NCBI RefSeq assembly: GCF_000150275.1
Contig: NW_002060943.1
Location: forward strand, 8,513,982-8,577,981
DNA length: 64,000 nucleotides
Origin: Trichoplax adhaerens
Lineage: Eukaryota > Animalia > Placozoa
Direction: 5' to 3'
The notes under the pieces were generated by a model, which was given only the letters and a program-made list of their open reading frames with translations, made no database searches and was not told the DNA's origin. Every line of letters begins with the position of its first letter. Within the stretch, counting starts at the first letter, position 1. Positions 37,039-49,608 of the stretch are shown one piece after another. The position numbers and the translations under genes are program-made.

Positions 37039-40000
37039 ATGTGGAATATTAAAGTACTTCTATTTATCTCCCTTTGGGCATATTTAGAGGCAAAAGGTAA
37101 GTGATTTGACTGAAGAAAAATGTCTTTTTATCACATGGACAGTCAACTATTTCTTCATCTTTGTGAATAAATCACCAACCGGTGCTAAAGACTCCAAAGC
37201 TGTACTCTACAGTACGATCACTAAAAGTTAACATTTTTTCAGACTATCCATCATCACAGTAGGAAATAGATGGGATTTGAAATGAGTGATTTTTATGACT
37301 AGTCAATTCTGTAAGAATTAAAAAAATGCGGTAGATTTGGCTCGCGCACCAAAGAAAATCACTACACCGTCATGACCGTACGTACAGTACAAGGCACTCA
37401 GTGACAGAGTAAAGTACTGTACTTGACTAGTCGTAACCAAGTTATTGTTTTCTACAGTATAGTATGGTTCCGCATCTTGATGTTCCTTTTTGTCACACCT
37501 CTATTCTTGGAGAATGGAATGGGCCAAGCAAGCCAGCTAGGATGAATCTGATCCGATGAATCTTCCATAAATACACGACATTATTGTCATACTGACTTGA
37601 CCATCTTGACAATTTTCTCATAGCGAAGATTTATCAAATTATCCATCTCGTGACAAAATGATACTGAAGCGTATAAAGAAAGTAATTAGAATAAAAGTAA
37701 ATAAACTGGGAATTTTTTCATTATTTAGTTATCCCGTCAATAAAATATAATCATTTGGATAATGTATCATTCGTTTAGTTAATCCTGTCATTTTACTTTA
37801 CATTCTTCTTTTTGGGTACAGTCGCTTCAAGTTTACGTTCTTATTCTGCTCTCCTCGTCATTTTAACCAAAGTCAAGGGTTGTAGTGCACATTCCTTCTT
37901 TCAATGGAATAAGCCTTTAAGCTTTTACCGGCGCATTATTATTTTTCTCTTTCTATTGATTGACGGTGTCAATCGAGGCTATTGTACATTGTAAAATACT
38001 ATAAGATCGTTTCTAAGTACTTATTCGTACTTTTCACAATGGATTATAATTGTCGATATTGGAGCGTTTTCCATTGGAAAGCAAAAAATTCGCCATGCAT
38101 TTCATGTGAGAAAATGTTGGCCGGCCCACTTTCGTATTTTTACATACAGTACGCTTCTAATTATAATTTCAGCGCCTTCCACTCTATGCTAATAATTATA
38201 CAGTATATTATATATAATTATTGTCATTCTTGTGTACTGTATTAGCCAATTTGCCCCCTTAACAATAGGATTGTAGGGAGTACTGGTAGTAATAGTAATT
38301 GCACGTGATTGAAAATTATCACCACACGTACAGTACTATACCGTCCTTATTTATATACGGCAGGCACTGAGCCGTTATTGAGTTTCGCGGTATCAATTAT
38401 ATCGGATTAATTGATTTCTTTTTCTCTTTGTTGACTACTAGTCATGGATGGACTGGTAGGGCTGACTAAAATAATAATTATTATTATTATTAGTTTGAAT
38501 TTGTCCGAATGTGTGTAGCTACATTTATTAAGAGCTTCAAATTCAGTCATCTGGGCTACAGGATTAAAAAGAAAATTTTCGATTGTTTTCTAACAACCGT
38601 TATGCAGTTAGACAATTACAATTAGTCAGTATATCGGCATATTACAGATGCCAACGAATAATCAGGGTTTTATCAACAAAGATAACGATGATTAATAACA
38701 AATGATGTGTACACTACTAAAAGAATGTCACCAGAGTAAATAAGTATTTTATCTACTGTAGTACTATCGACAAACTTCAGAAAATACTCTAAATAGTGTT
38801 ATGTAGAATTTGCATCTGTTAAACCGTAGTTCTGGAATTATCGGAATTTCATACCTTCAATAAGGATGGATGAAAGCGGTAGTCAATCAAGCGATTGGAT
38901 ATCTTGGTTTAGACACTTATTATGCAAACTATAGCATACAAGTTATCTAATTTCCTGAACTATCCATTGTGTAGTTTATAGGAAGACATATGCTTCCGTA
39001 CCACACTTTACGATCTAAATATAAATCATCGTCATGATGTCATTGATTGTTTTCTTTCTTTTATCCCTTAATTAATATAGCGATACAAAACAATGTCGGA
39101 CAAGATTTCGTTGTGACTTACCTGGAAAGCGATCATAAAGTGGATAGCGTAGGTATGACCGTTATTGCGGTTAAAACTACTGAAATAATTATCCTAACTG
39201 ACGACGACGAAGCTTATAAATTTGAACTGGAAGCTGGGGCATCGAAAACATTAACATTATCTCGTAATCGTCGCCAAAGTGGTGCGACAATAAGCTCTAA
39301 TGTGGTTCAAGTTAGTGCGACTGAGGATATTATAGTTTATGGTATGAATTGCGTCTTGTCACCTTCAGATGGATTTCTTGCTTTACCAACGACTTCACTC
39401 GGAAAGGAGTATGTCATTGCCAGCTTTAAACCAACTTCTGCATCACAATTCTCTATTACAGCTGTAGAAGATAATACTCTGATCAATATTAGCTTAGTGC
39501 AGTCTCCTGATAAGAATTCTCAAAGATATCAACAAATACAACTTAATCGGCTTCAAACATATCATTTCAAGGACGAACACACTGATTTAACGGGAAGTAT
39601 TGTAAATTCTGATAAGCCTGTTGCAGTAATAAGTGGCAATAAATGTGCTCGATTGACGCTAAATCAGGAGCACTGCAATTTTATTGTTGAACAACTATTG
39701 CCAGTTAAAGCATGGGGTAATCACTTCATTAATGTTCCTGTTCCGGGCGAAGAACATAGTCAGGAGAATATCTTTCGTCTTATTAGCGCTTTTGATGGGA
39801 CCAATGCCAATATTACTATCGCAGATACAACCAAGAAGGTAACAATTAATAGAGGGCATTATCACGAATTACATGTTCCATCCGACGCAGATTTTCATAT
39901 AACGACGTCAAAGCCTTGCTCAGTTATGCTATACATTAAGGGAATACCGGGAAAGAATGGGTTTTCAAGGCCTGTCCTGATGTCTGTAATTCCTACAGAA

Positions 40001-42330
40001 CAATTTTCAAGTGGACAATTGTTAAGTACCATCGGCGTTTTTGATAAAAGTGTAACGAATTATATGGCTATAATAACAACAAATAATGCCACAAGTTTAA
40101 AAATGGATATGCTGCCCTTGTCAAAGGGATTGAAGTGGAGTAAAATTAATAATCGGTATTATTCAACTTTATTCAAGATCCCTCAAGGTGCACATTTACT
40201 TCATCAAACTCTTCCTACAGAAAAGCTAACGACCTATATATTCGGAATTGGCCAGGGAACATCAGTTGCTTATCCAGCAGCTACAAATGTTATGGCAGTA
40301 TCGAGAAACTGTGTTCCAACTGTGACCCACGCAGCAGGAAATGATATCGACGACGATTGTGATGGTATTATCGATGAGGAATTACAAAACAACATCGATG
40401 ATGATGGTGATGGCCTTATTGACGAAGATTTATATGCCACGTCTCCGGATCTTCAATTGGACAGCGCTCTACATTTGCAGTCTTGTGATATTCATTCGAC
40501 AACCAAGGATACTTACGACAGTAAAACTTTTAATTATTCAATCAATTCCAAGTGTGTTCTGTATGGCAGTTCAGCTTTTTCTTTAAAGAAAGTTGACAGT
40601 AATAAACTCACTTCACGTTGCGGGAATAGCCTTATAAGAGAATGGATTTTAACTGATGCCTGTGGTATGACAGTACGAAAAAGTCAGCAAGTCCAAGTTT
40701 TACTCCCTATTAGTAACAAAATTACTCTACCGCAAAATTTTATTGCGAAATGTTCTAGTGATGTGTCTCCAACAGTAACTGGCAAGCCTTCTGTTAATAC
40801 ATCTGTCTCGTGTAAGGACGTTAAAATTCCGGATCCATCTATAAATTATATCGATAGAGTAGAGAGATCTTCGTGCGATGAAGTTATTTACCGTAAATGG
40901 AATATCAACTATGAAATGTTTTGTGGGGAAAATATAAGCCATACTCAAGAAATCCGCTTAGGTTTGTTATTTGAGCATTCCGTAATTCTCAATTAACCTG
41001 TAGAAAATATGTTGTCTATTAGTTTACTGTAATTTACCAATTTTTCCGTAATACAAGAATATCTAGTCAGATTAGACTTTACTAAATCAAAGATGATTGA
41101 CTTTTTTTTACTCAAGTTGGCTATAGAGCACCTATTCTACCGCAAATTAGAGATCTTAACGTCAGTAAGAATGCGATAGGCGTATTTTGGTCGGTCAAAC
41201 CAGATGAGACAAATTGTGTGACGGAACTGTTATGCCAGTATAAACCTGCAGATAGTGATGAAGCTAAATCTCGTCAAGTTGATAAATCAGTGAATCCCAT
41301 TTACCTTACTAAGTTATTACCTAATACCACCTATATTATTAGTATGTATACCATTACCAAATGTGGTCGAAGCCACACTCCTGTAGAAGAAGTTATTACT
41401 ACACTTGTTGATGGTAAGAAAGTACTGTTTGTTTCCTATCGCGTGAACAGAAATAAAGCTACACCGGTATGTCATGTTATTATTATTTATCCTTAAGGTG
41501 AAAAATATACTACGGTGACTACACCATACACTGAAAGCAGCACAGCATCAGATCCGGCAACCACTCCAGCAACAAGTTAGTTCCAGTTATTTTAAATTAA
41601 ATTTGATAATGTAGATTTCTTATTATAACCTTACGGAATATTTAATGTACATTAATAACATTTCAGCTATGACATCCACCGATAAAAAGCCGGGTGAATT
41701 GACTGGTAAAACCACCGTTCCTAATCCTACAAGTAAAAGCACCACTGTTGACCCTACAAGTAAAAGCACCGCTGTTAACCCTACAAGTAAAAGCACCACT
41801 GCTGACCCCGCAAGTAAAAGCACCACTGCTGACCCCGCAAGTAAAAGCACCGCTGTTGACCCTACAAGTAAAAGCACCACTGCTGACCCCGCAAGTAAAA
41901 GCACCACTGTTGACCCTACAAGCAAAAGCACGGCTCCCAACTACACAGCTAAGAGTACAACATATCCAACTGCCAATCCACAAATAAATGGCCCAGTTAG
42001 CACTGGAGTTATCACCGTTATTGCTTTAGTAGTTGCTATTTCGCTAGTTACTGTTGGAGGTGTGGCGTATAGGTAAGTAAAAACAAACATTTATGTGCAT
42101 CGTACATACGTATCAATGTATCATTTTTTGAGTAATGCTATCTTTGAAAGGTATATTAATTTTGCTAACATAATTCTGATAATAGATATTATAAACGAGG
42201 ACATCAATCCGTTAATGTTGCTAGCAAGAAATCTGTACCGCCTTCACAACCTTCATCGAAAGTACCCGTCGACATCGTTTATGCTCCAGAAGTCAAAAAA
42301 GGAGCAGTCCCAAAAGGGACTTCTATTTAA
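37039..42330 (+). CDS. Type I membrane protein: signal peptide, IgGFc-binding N-terminal domain, Asp-rich DDDCDG repeats, two HYR-like modules, FN3, Thr/Ser mucin-like stalk, TM helix, short tail
   Basis: Exons about 37039-37096 (MWNIKVLLFISLWAYLEAK), 39081-40961, 41118-41413, 41498-41575, 41667-42072 and 42186-42330, all phase-compatible. Motifs SDGFLALPTTSLGKEYVIAS, DLTGSIVNSDKPVAVISGNKCA, VEQLLPVKAWG, LLPNTTYIISMYT; TM VITVIALVVAISLVTVGGVAY; C-terminus KGTSI*. Confidence 0.88.
41723..41938 (+). repeat. Coding 27-bp tandem repeat, 8 copies, encoding a (D/N)P(T/A)SKST(T/A)(V/A) mucin-like stalk
   Basis: gaccc(t/c)(a/g)caagtaaaagcacc(a/g)ctg(t/c)t repeated. Confidence 0.95.
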
Positions 42331-43264
42331 TTTATTCATTTTTTATAACCATTATTTTCATGTTGAATTTCAGTTATATGATTATGTTTCATGTGGTGCA
42401 TATTACTTCTATATCGTTAAAGTTAAATTGCACCTTTGTAGATTCAAAGTATCATTCCTAAATTACAGCTGTATACTAATATATCTACCGATGGTGAAAT
42501 CTTACCAATCTGTACCAGACAAAGCATTTATGACATGACACTGCATTGCATTAATATATAAAGTGTATGCTTGATATAATCATTTACGAATCTTGCAGAA
42601 GCTATTCTATTATATAACAGTCACTAACTGTAAATAATGACCGTAACGTACTTCGGGCATTTCATGTAGATTTATAATCTTATACCGTAGTACCGTACCT
42701 ACGGTTATCCTTAATGATATTACGATACGATACTTGTTGAATGTAATGCATGTAGAACAGGTACTTGAGTCGTATAGCTTTTAATAAAGATGGAATGTGT
42801 GTTTGATACACTCACCTATTTCAAAGCTATTGCATAGGAATTGGATTGACTGTAAATAACTGAAATGATTATTTGTACGTTTGACTGGACTTTAATGGCT
42901 TTACGACTACAACTTTCCCTTGCTAGTAATAATATCGGCAAATACGAGTCCTGGACCGTTCGTGGAACTCTTTACATACAGTATTTTTTTTAGAGTCTGT
43001 ACTTTCTGCTTTATTTCGTCTTTGTGACATTATAGTAATTTAAACAGTGTCGTGATCAGTCGGAAAAATGGAAGAGAAATGACGATTTTGATGCAATCAA
43101 CAACACTTTTTTGATATCAATCAATACCAATGTCAATTATATTATTCATCGTGCTTAACAGATTCACTTTAAAGTCTTCCAGATTATTGTTTTGCTTAAA
43201 TTTAGTCGTTTCAACTAGATTGAAGGTGCGAGCAAAGCGAAATTACGCAGGTAAATATAAACAT

Positions 43265-43340
43265 GTGTAAAACAGATGTGATAGTAAATCTATATTCTAC
43301 ACTGCACATAGGACTTCTATTTACGACATCTGTTTTACAC
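43265..43340. other. Inverted repeat / stem-loop with 15-bp perfect arms
   Basis: GTGTAAAACAGATGT (43265-43279) is the exact reverse complement of ACATCTGTTTTACAC (43326-43340); inner GTAAAT/ATTTAC can also pair. Confidence 0.8.
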
Positions 43341-43350
43341 GTTACAGATT

Positions 43351-43490
43351 ATACAGTACTGTATTATACTGTACTGTACAGTACAGTACAGTACTCTACT
43401 CTACAGTACAGTACTGTATGGTGAATGCCCTGTACTGTACCAAAACCCCGCCAATCTTGTCCCAGCTAACACAGTACTGTACTGTACAGT
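43351..43490. repeat. Palindromic TACAG/CTGTA tract upstream of SNAPC4
   Basis: Perfect 22-bp palindrome TACTGTACTGTACAGTACAGTA at 43367-43388 and 14-bp ATACAGTACTGTAT at 43351-43364. Confidence 0.85.
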
Positions 43491-45245
43491 GTCGATCGCA
43501 AACTCTCAGGAGAATTTTCAGTTTCAATTCACTACACTAGTTTGGCTGTGAAACTGTCGAAATTTGGATTATTTTGTGTATTCTTGGCTGCCTAATTCTA
43601 TTTTATCATGTCAGAATAAGCTCAATTTGCTTATTAGTTCAATCGCCTTGCAAAGGGAAGCCGACAGCAAATTATAAGTGCCTTTCACAACAAGAATTTT
43701 TCTATGTAGGTCTATAAAGAACAGTCGTAAATCATTTTACTGCACTCATGAGCTGAAAATTGTATTCCTTATTTTTGAAGTTAACATATTTCTTTGACCA
43801 TTTATACGTTAGACAGATCACTAAGTTAGGATCATATCGAGTTTATTATACTTATGGATGTCATTCAATACAATAAAAATTAGTTTTCCCTACAATTTTC
43901 TTATTTATTCAGTAGATTTCATTTAAAGCAGATACGAATAAATTCTGTCCCAAGCAAATAGTTAGAATATCTACTGAGAATGTTTTCAAGCCTTGTAGTT
44001 GACTTAAGTTGTTATCAATGCAGTATCACCCTTCTATTCATAATGTTATAACTCGATCATGGATGGTACTGTAGAGGCTGTTGTTGGCCATATCAACTCA
44101 GTGACAAGAAATTACTCATTTAGCTGATGCTACGTTAAAAAAGGAAGAGCGAATGGATGTTTTATATATATTATAAATACCAATACAGTATTTATGCGTA
44201 GTCGAAGTGACGTCATTTGTATGCAAAATGCTAAATCGTGAATTACTAGATGTGAGTCTAGTTATCCATAGCCAACCTTCAGTGTATTTATAATGAGAAT
44301 TAAAACTAGCTTACTACCTTGAGCTACATTCATGGTTGTAAGTGATTTTCTACTGTTTATGCACCCATGGTTATAGTTGATGGGTTAGGAAAGTATCTAA
44401 TTTCGATGGCTTGAGGGTTAACCAACTTGATACTTGTCAATTTCGTCCTGGTCTTCAGCTATCATGTTTACTGTGCTACCTATATCCTTTCATACGACGT
44501 GGTAGTTTTTATCCTACGACGTATTAAGCTGTTGCTATTTCAGTACTTGAATTAATAGTATCGGCCAAATTTTGTTAAGGTCATGACACGCGTAAAAATA
44601 AAATTATCGTAGAAGTGACACGATGTACCCGAGTATCCGTGATCAAAAGTTTGATTTCCATGACATCCGAAATAATCAATAGGACTTTAGCCCGTACATT
44701 ATAAGATACGATAGTAATGAATCAGTAACATGATTCTATAACTGTACGTCCTCAATGCCTAGATTTGATATGTTTATATGTATACGAGCATTAAACGTAT
44801 TTGCTAAAGATACATGTTCCTGATAATTTCCTCAGTCAACACTTGTGGTAGTTAGTATGGCCAATGGAGGGATACTCAAACATGTAGTATGAGTGATAAA
44901 TAAGAAAATTTTACTAAATATCCATAATCACTTTTCAGTCTTACACTCTATATATGGATATTAATATTCTAGTTGCAGATTTACAGTAACATCTAAATGC
45001 AAGTAACTATTGCTACAACATGATATTCAGGGTTAACAACCGAGAAGACAAGGATCCCATCAATGTATAATTTACACATAAAGCTGATAGGTGTAGCGAT
45101 CAATTATCACCTGATCCATACTTAATTAACCACGAGTTAGAAAATATTAAATTAGATTATTCGCCATTGATAACAAATATCTTTTTTAAGTCTAATGACC
45201 AATCCAACTGCAAATACCACGGACTGTAATGTAGGCTAAGCAGAC

Positions 45246-48200
45246 ATGGAAGATACTCCTCAACGTCGACCTCTAAATCCACCCGACAATGACCAGGATG
45301 ACAACGTTAATAACGATGTTCATGATCCAGATATACGCCTGAAACATTTGTGCTTAAACCAATGCTTAAAATACCAAGTAAGTCCAAATGATGTACTCAT
45401 ACCTACACTTACGTTGCAACGATACTAACTATGGATATTTCCTTGATATTTTATTTTTAAAGTGAGTGTCCTAGGTTATATATTGGGTGCTATAAATTAA
45501 TAGGTGTACTTGTACTCTGTTGACTCTACACTGTAGGATGCAATTGAAATACATTTAAAATTGGTTGATAGAGCACTGGAAGAAAATCGAAATTTGCAGG
45601 CATGAAACATCCATTAGTCAATCAACTATAGATTTCTTTTTACGTTGGAATAAAATATTAAAGTCGCGATACTTTACTATCACATAGATATCACTGACTA
45701 GCAATGGTTACAATTTATTTGACATTTCATACAGTTTTACTACATATTTTTGTAGCAACGTGTAAGTGCCAACATCAATTCAGTTTTGGTGAGGCCCGGA
45801 ACTAGTATGCGGCACCGTTCTTTACGAAAATTTGTTCCATACTTTGTCGACGACAGCGGAAAGGTAGTTACAATTTGGATGTCTTAACTGTATCACGACG
45901 ACATAATTGTATTATATACTACGTATGAACATTCGCATATAGACTATCATTAAAATGGTAATCTGCTGCCTCCTCGATAATTTAATAACATATTCATTAT
46001 TATATCTTATTAGACCCCACCGAAGAATGAAGATGCTCGTAATGAAGAAAGAGCTAGAAATTCTGTTGTCGTTAATATTAAAAAATGTAATATTTAAGTA
46101 TCGACGTTTTCAATATGAATCGAAACACTTACAGTATTGTACGTTAAAACATTGCATTTATGCCGTTCTGCAGGGACTGCTAATGATAGGAAGCTGCTTG
46201 CTGCTGCGGTCCAAGAACAAGTGCTGGAGGAAGAAATCGCTCCAATTTTATTCAAGTAAGTTTTTGTCATTTGGCAAGAATACTACAGAGTATAATATTT
46301 TAGTACATGATAATGATCTACGAATGTATCATCATTATTTATTATATACCGATAAAGTTTGTTGTTATGAACTTAGTAATAACCAGTAATTAACATGTTC
46401 ATCCAACAGACGCACTGGCTTAGAGATCCAATATAAAAAATCTGAGGATCCTGATATCAAGAGCCAAATCAGCAAGGAACAAAAAGCAATTGATAAGTTT
46501 CGGTAGGAACTATTTATTACCAACCAAATACAATGATATCATTTAAATCTGTCTTACTAAATTTACTAGTCAAGAGCAATAAATATTTAAATTTCAACTG
46601 TATTTAGATCGCTATCATTAAAAGAATTACTTATGAAAGTCCGTATGCCTAAAATCAACTGGCGAAGAATTAGTTCTCAGTTTGTGAGTTATTTTATTGT
46701 CATAGTATACAGGCTTATATCGTTTCTACTATGTAAAACTTTTAAAATATTAAAATTATACGACATTTTTAGTTGCCTCGACACACTCATTTTCAGTGTG
46801 AGTTACAATGGTTTAATGTTGATCACCCTAATATCAACTATGGCCCTTGGTCAGCAACGGAAGATCAAAACCTTATAAATCTCGCGCAAGAAAACAAATT
46901 TTTGAATTGGATTGCGATTGCAAGATCTTTAGGAGTAAGTAAACTGTCGTATTTTGTTTTACGAGATCATGTGTTAAACCCAATATACTCGTACGTACAT
47001 ACTTTACGCATTGGCAATAGTAATAAACTTTGGTTGATGTTACTACTACCTACACGTTAGGTAAACCGGACTCCTGCCCAGTGTCTGCAACGGTATATAT
47101 TACATCACGATAGCAGTGTATTTAAAAGGTAATAAAGAATGGATCAGTGATCAATTTGGCGTACTTTTTCCATGATTATTAGCATCTTGAGTCGAAATAA
47201 TAATACTAGTAATATCTTGTTACTATGATTGTAGTCGATGGACAGAAGATGAGGATGATTCTCTCAAAAGTCTAGTTAAAGCCCTAGGTACAACAAGCTG
47301 GCAACAAGGTATTTTTATAATATCAGTGGGGAGATTGTCAGAAAATTTTATATTTAAAATTATACAATTGAAACTGCTTTATCGTAATGACTTTGATTTG
47401 CATTTTCTAATCGCCGTTGAATTTTAGTTGCTAGCTATATGGAAGGTAGAACGGGTCAACAGTGCATGTTTAGATGGAAAGCAATCGATCCTGATAAGAG
47501 AAGAGGAGCGTTTACCAAAGAAGAAGATCAGGTATACTGTGAATCAACCTACAAATCATTTTAATGATATTTATTCATTCATTCTTAAATTTACTTGCAT
47601 TTACGCTTACTATGACTTATATTAGCCACTTACAGTTAAAGCTAATAAAGAGTGCTGACATATGTCTGGCTGAACATATTATTGTCGTATCGATTTTTAT
47701 ATATGCTTAATATTTATAGAGAATCGGTAAAATACGATATCTAGCTTATAAATCCGACTTGAGGCAAAATACGTATAGTATTAAACAGCGGAAACTATAA
47801 ATACTGTACTGAGTACCAAATTTTCATCACCTTTCATTCGAAGTTATATCAATAGAAGTTTTCCTGGCATACTTTACTGCTTTAGATATCCTGAGTGTCT
47901 TATTTGAAGTCTCATTTTAGTATAGGCTGCACCAGATGTAATGACTGAAATACAATATATATCAATCTTGCCCAATTTCGTAACTTTAGATAAAGAATTA
48001 ATGTAAATTATTGAAAGTTAAATAAAACCCTTTTATTTATCGATGTTGTAACGAAGCTTCTGGAGGAAGGAATTAAGAAATATGGATCAGGACATTGGCG
48101 TAAGATTCAGCAAACCTTCCTACCGTGGCGGACCGATATACAAATTAGAGACAGGTAGCATTACGTTTTCCTATAAACCGAACGTTTTTGTAAAGCACAA

Positions 48201-49608
48201 AGATTAATTACGATGCCACTGTTGTATCATTAGGTGGATTAATGTTCTCGATCCCGAAGTCAATCGCAAGAGATGGACGATAGACGAAGAGAGGAAACTT
48301 TCATCACTAATTCAACACATTGGTGAAGGTAAGAGGAGGCGAATTTTAATGTTTAACTGATTAATGCTAGCGAACTAATCTATGCAAGTATTATAAACGG
48401 AAATTTTGATGCTATGCATTAGGAAAATGGTCACAAATCTCTAAAGAAATGAGTCTTCGAACAGATAATCAATGTCGTAGGAAATGGATATCTATTCAAG
48501 TAATTTAGAGATAATTTTTTACTTTTTCTTCTTTACCTATTGTATCAATAGTTTTACTTATGTAAGAGTTCTGACCTTGGACAGCCTATTAGATAATGAT
48601 CTATATTCAATTTTTAATATTTATTCAAATAGAATTCCTCTAAAAGGAAAGCACGATATCAAAGTTTACGGAGGTTTCCAATAAGTGGCAATATCTCAGA
48701 AAATAGCGGCTTTGATCAATTGTTCACAGAGGCAGGGAAAGATACAGTAGCATCAAATAGTACGCACCTGGTAGAAATATCAGAAAATCTCGCCGAGAAG
48801 CAGCCCCTAGCAAAGAGATCATCTAATATAGGTAACATACGAAAACGATAACGTTGCCCAATAACAACCGTAACCGTTTGATAGGTTACTCTTATAATAT
48901 TCTCTGACACTGTAGATACTGAAGATTTACAGGCGATACAAGGTAGTCCTGCAAAGAAGCAGAGTCGATCAGACGAATCGTTAGGTACGCATACTGATAA
49001 TTAAAATGGGGGACAAACCTGCATTAATTAAGATTGATAAAGATTGCGCGATATCCAAGGATAGTTGTTTCCCTATTTCTGAAGATAAACTCAAATTATG
49101 GATACTAAAGCAAGAAAGATTGATCTTTTGCTACAGTGTAATATCAAATTTAATTATGGTTTCTATTTCAGATGAAGCGAGGGGACATGAAAATATGATT
49201 ACTAAAGAATCAGAGATAACGGCAGATCACAATTATGCTGCTACAACAGAAACAACCAAAAAATCGGCTGAAATAGATAATAGCAATTCTTCAGACGCAA
49301 TCCTACCTACGGTAAAGACTAAGCCACAAGGTATACCAAAAGAAGCTATTTGGGATCTTTCTCGTCTACAACGCAGTATTGATAAGAAGCTGCTAAAATT
49401 AACTGATAAATACAGTGGATATTTAAGTAATAAAGGAATCAATTTTCCCCCTCAAGATAAAGACTTATATGAGAAAAAACTACAAAAAATTAAGAGCGTA
49501 GCCTATCAGGAACGCGCTCAGATTGAGAAACGATATCTGTTACCTACTGGCTATTTATCCGTTAACTTTAATGTAATATCAGTAAACATACCAAACCAAA
49601 ATTCGTAA
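45246..49608 (+). CDS. SNAPC4: snRNA-activating protein complex subunit 4 (SNAP190)-like multi-repeat Myb protein, about 17 exons
   Basis: LNQCLKYQDAIE...NRNLQ; FVPYFVDDSGKTPPKNED; KWTANDRKLL; INWRRIS..CELQWFNVDHPNINYGPWSATED; RTPAQCLQRY; RWTEDED..WQQVASYMEGRTGQQCMFRW; GAFTKEED..HWRKI..RTDIQIRDRWINVLDP; KWSQISKEMSLRTDNQCRRKW; stop at 49608. Confidence 0.88.

Noticed and set aside
41623-41987. Overlapping ORFs in other frames and on the minus strand
   Set aside because: They are shadows of the stop-free 27-bp coding repeat.
44482-44490. ATATCCTTT matching a U12-type 5' splice site
   Set aside because: It is not at an identifiable exon boundary and I found no convincing U12 branch point with an AC acceptor downstream.
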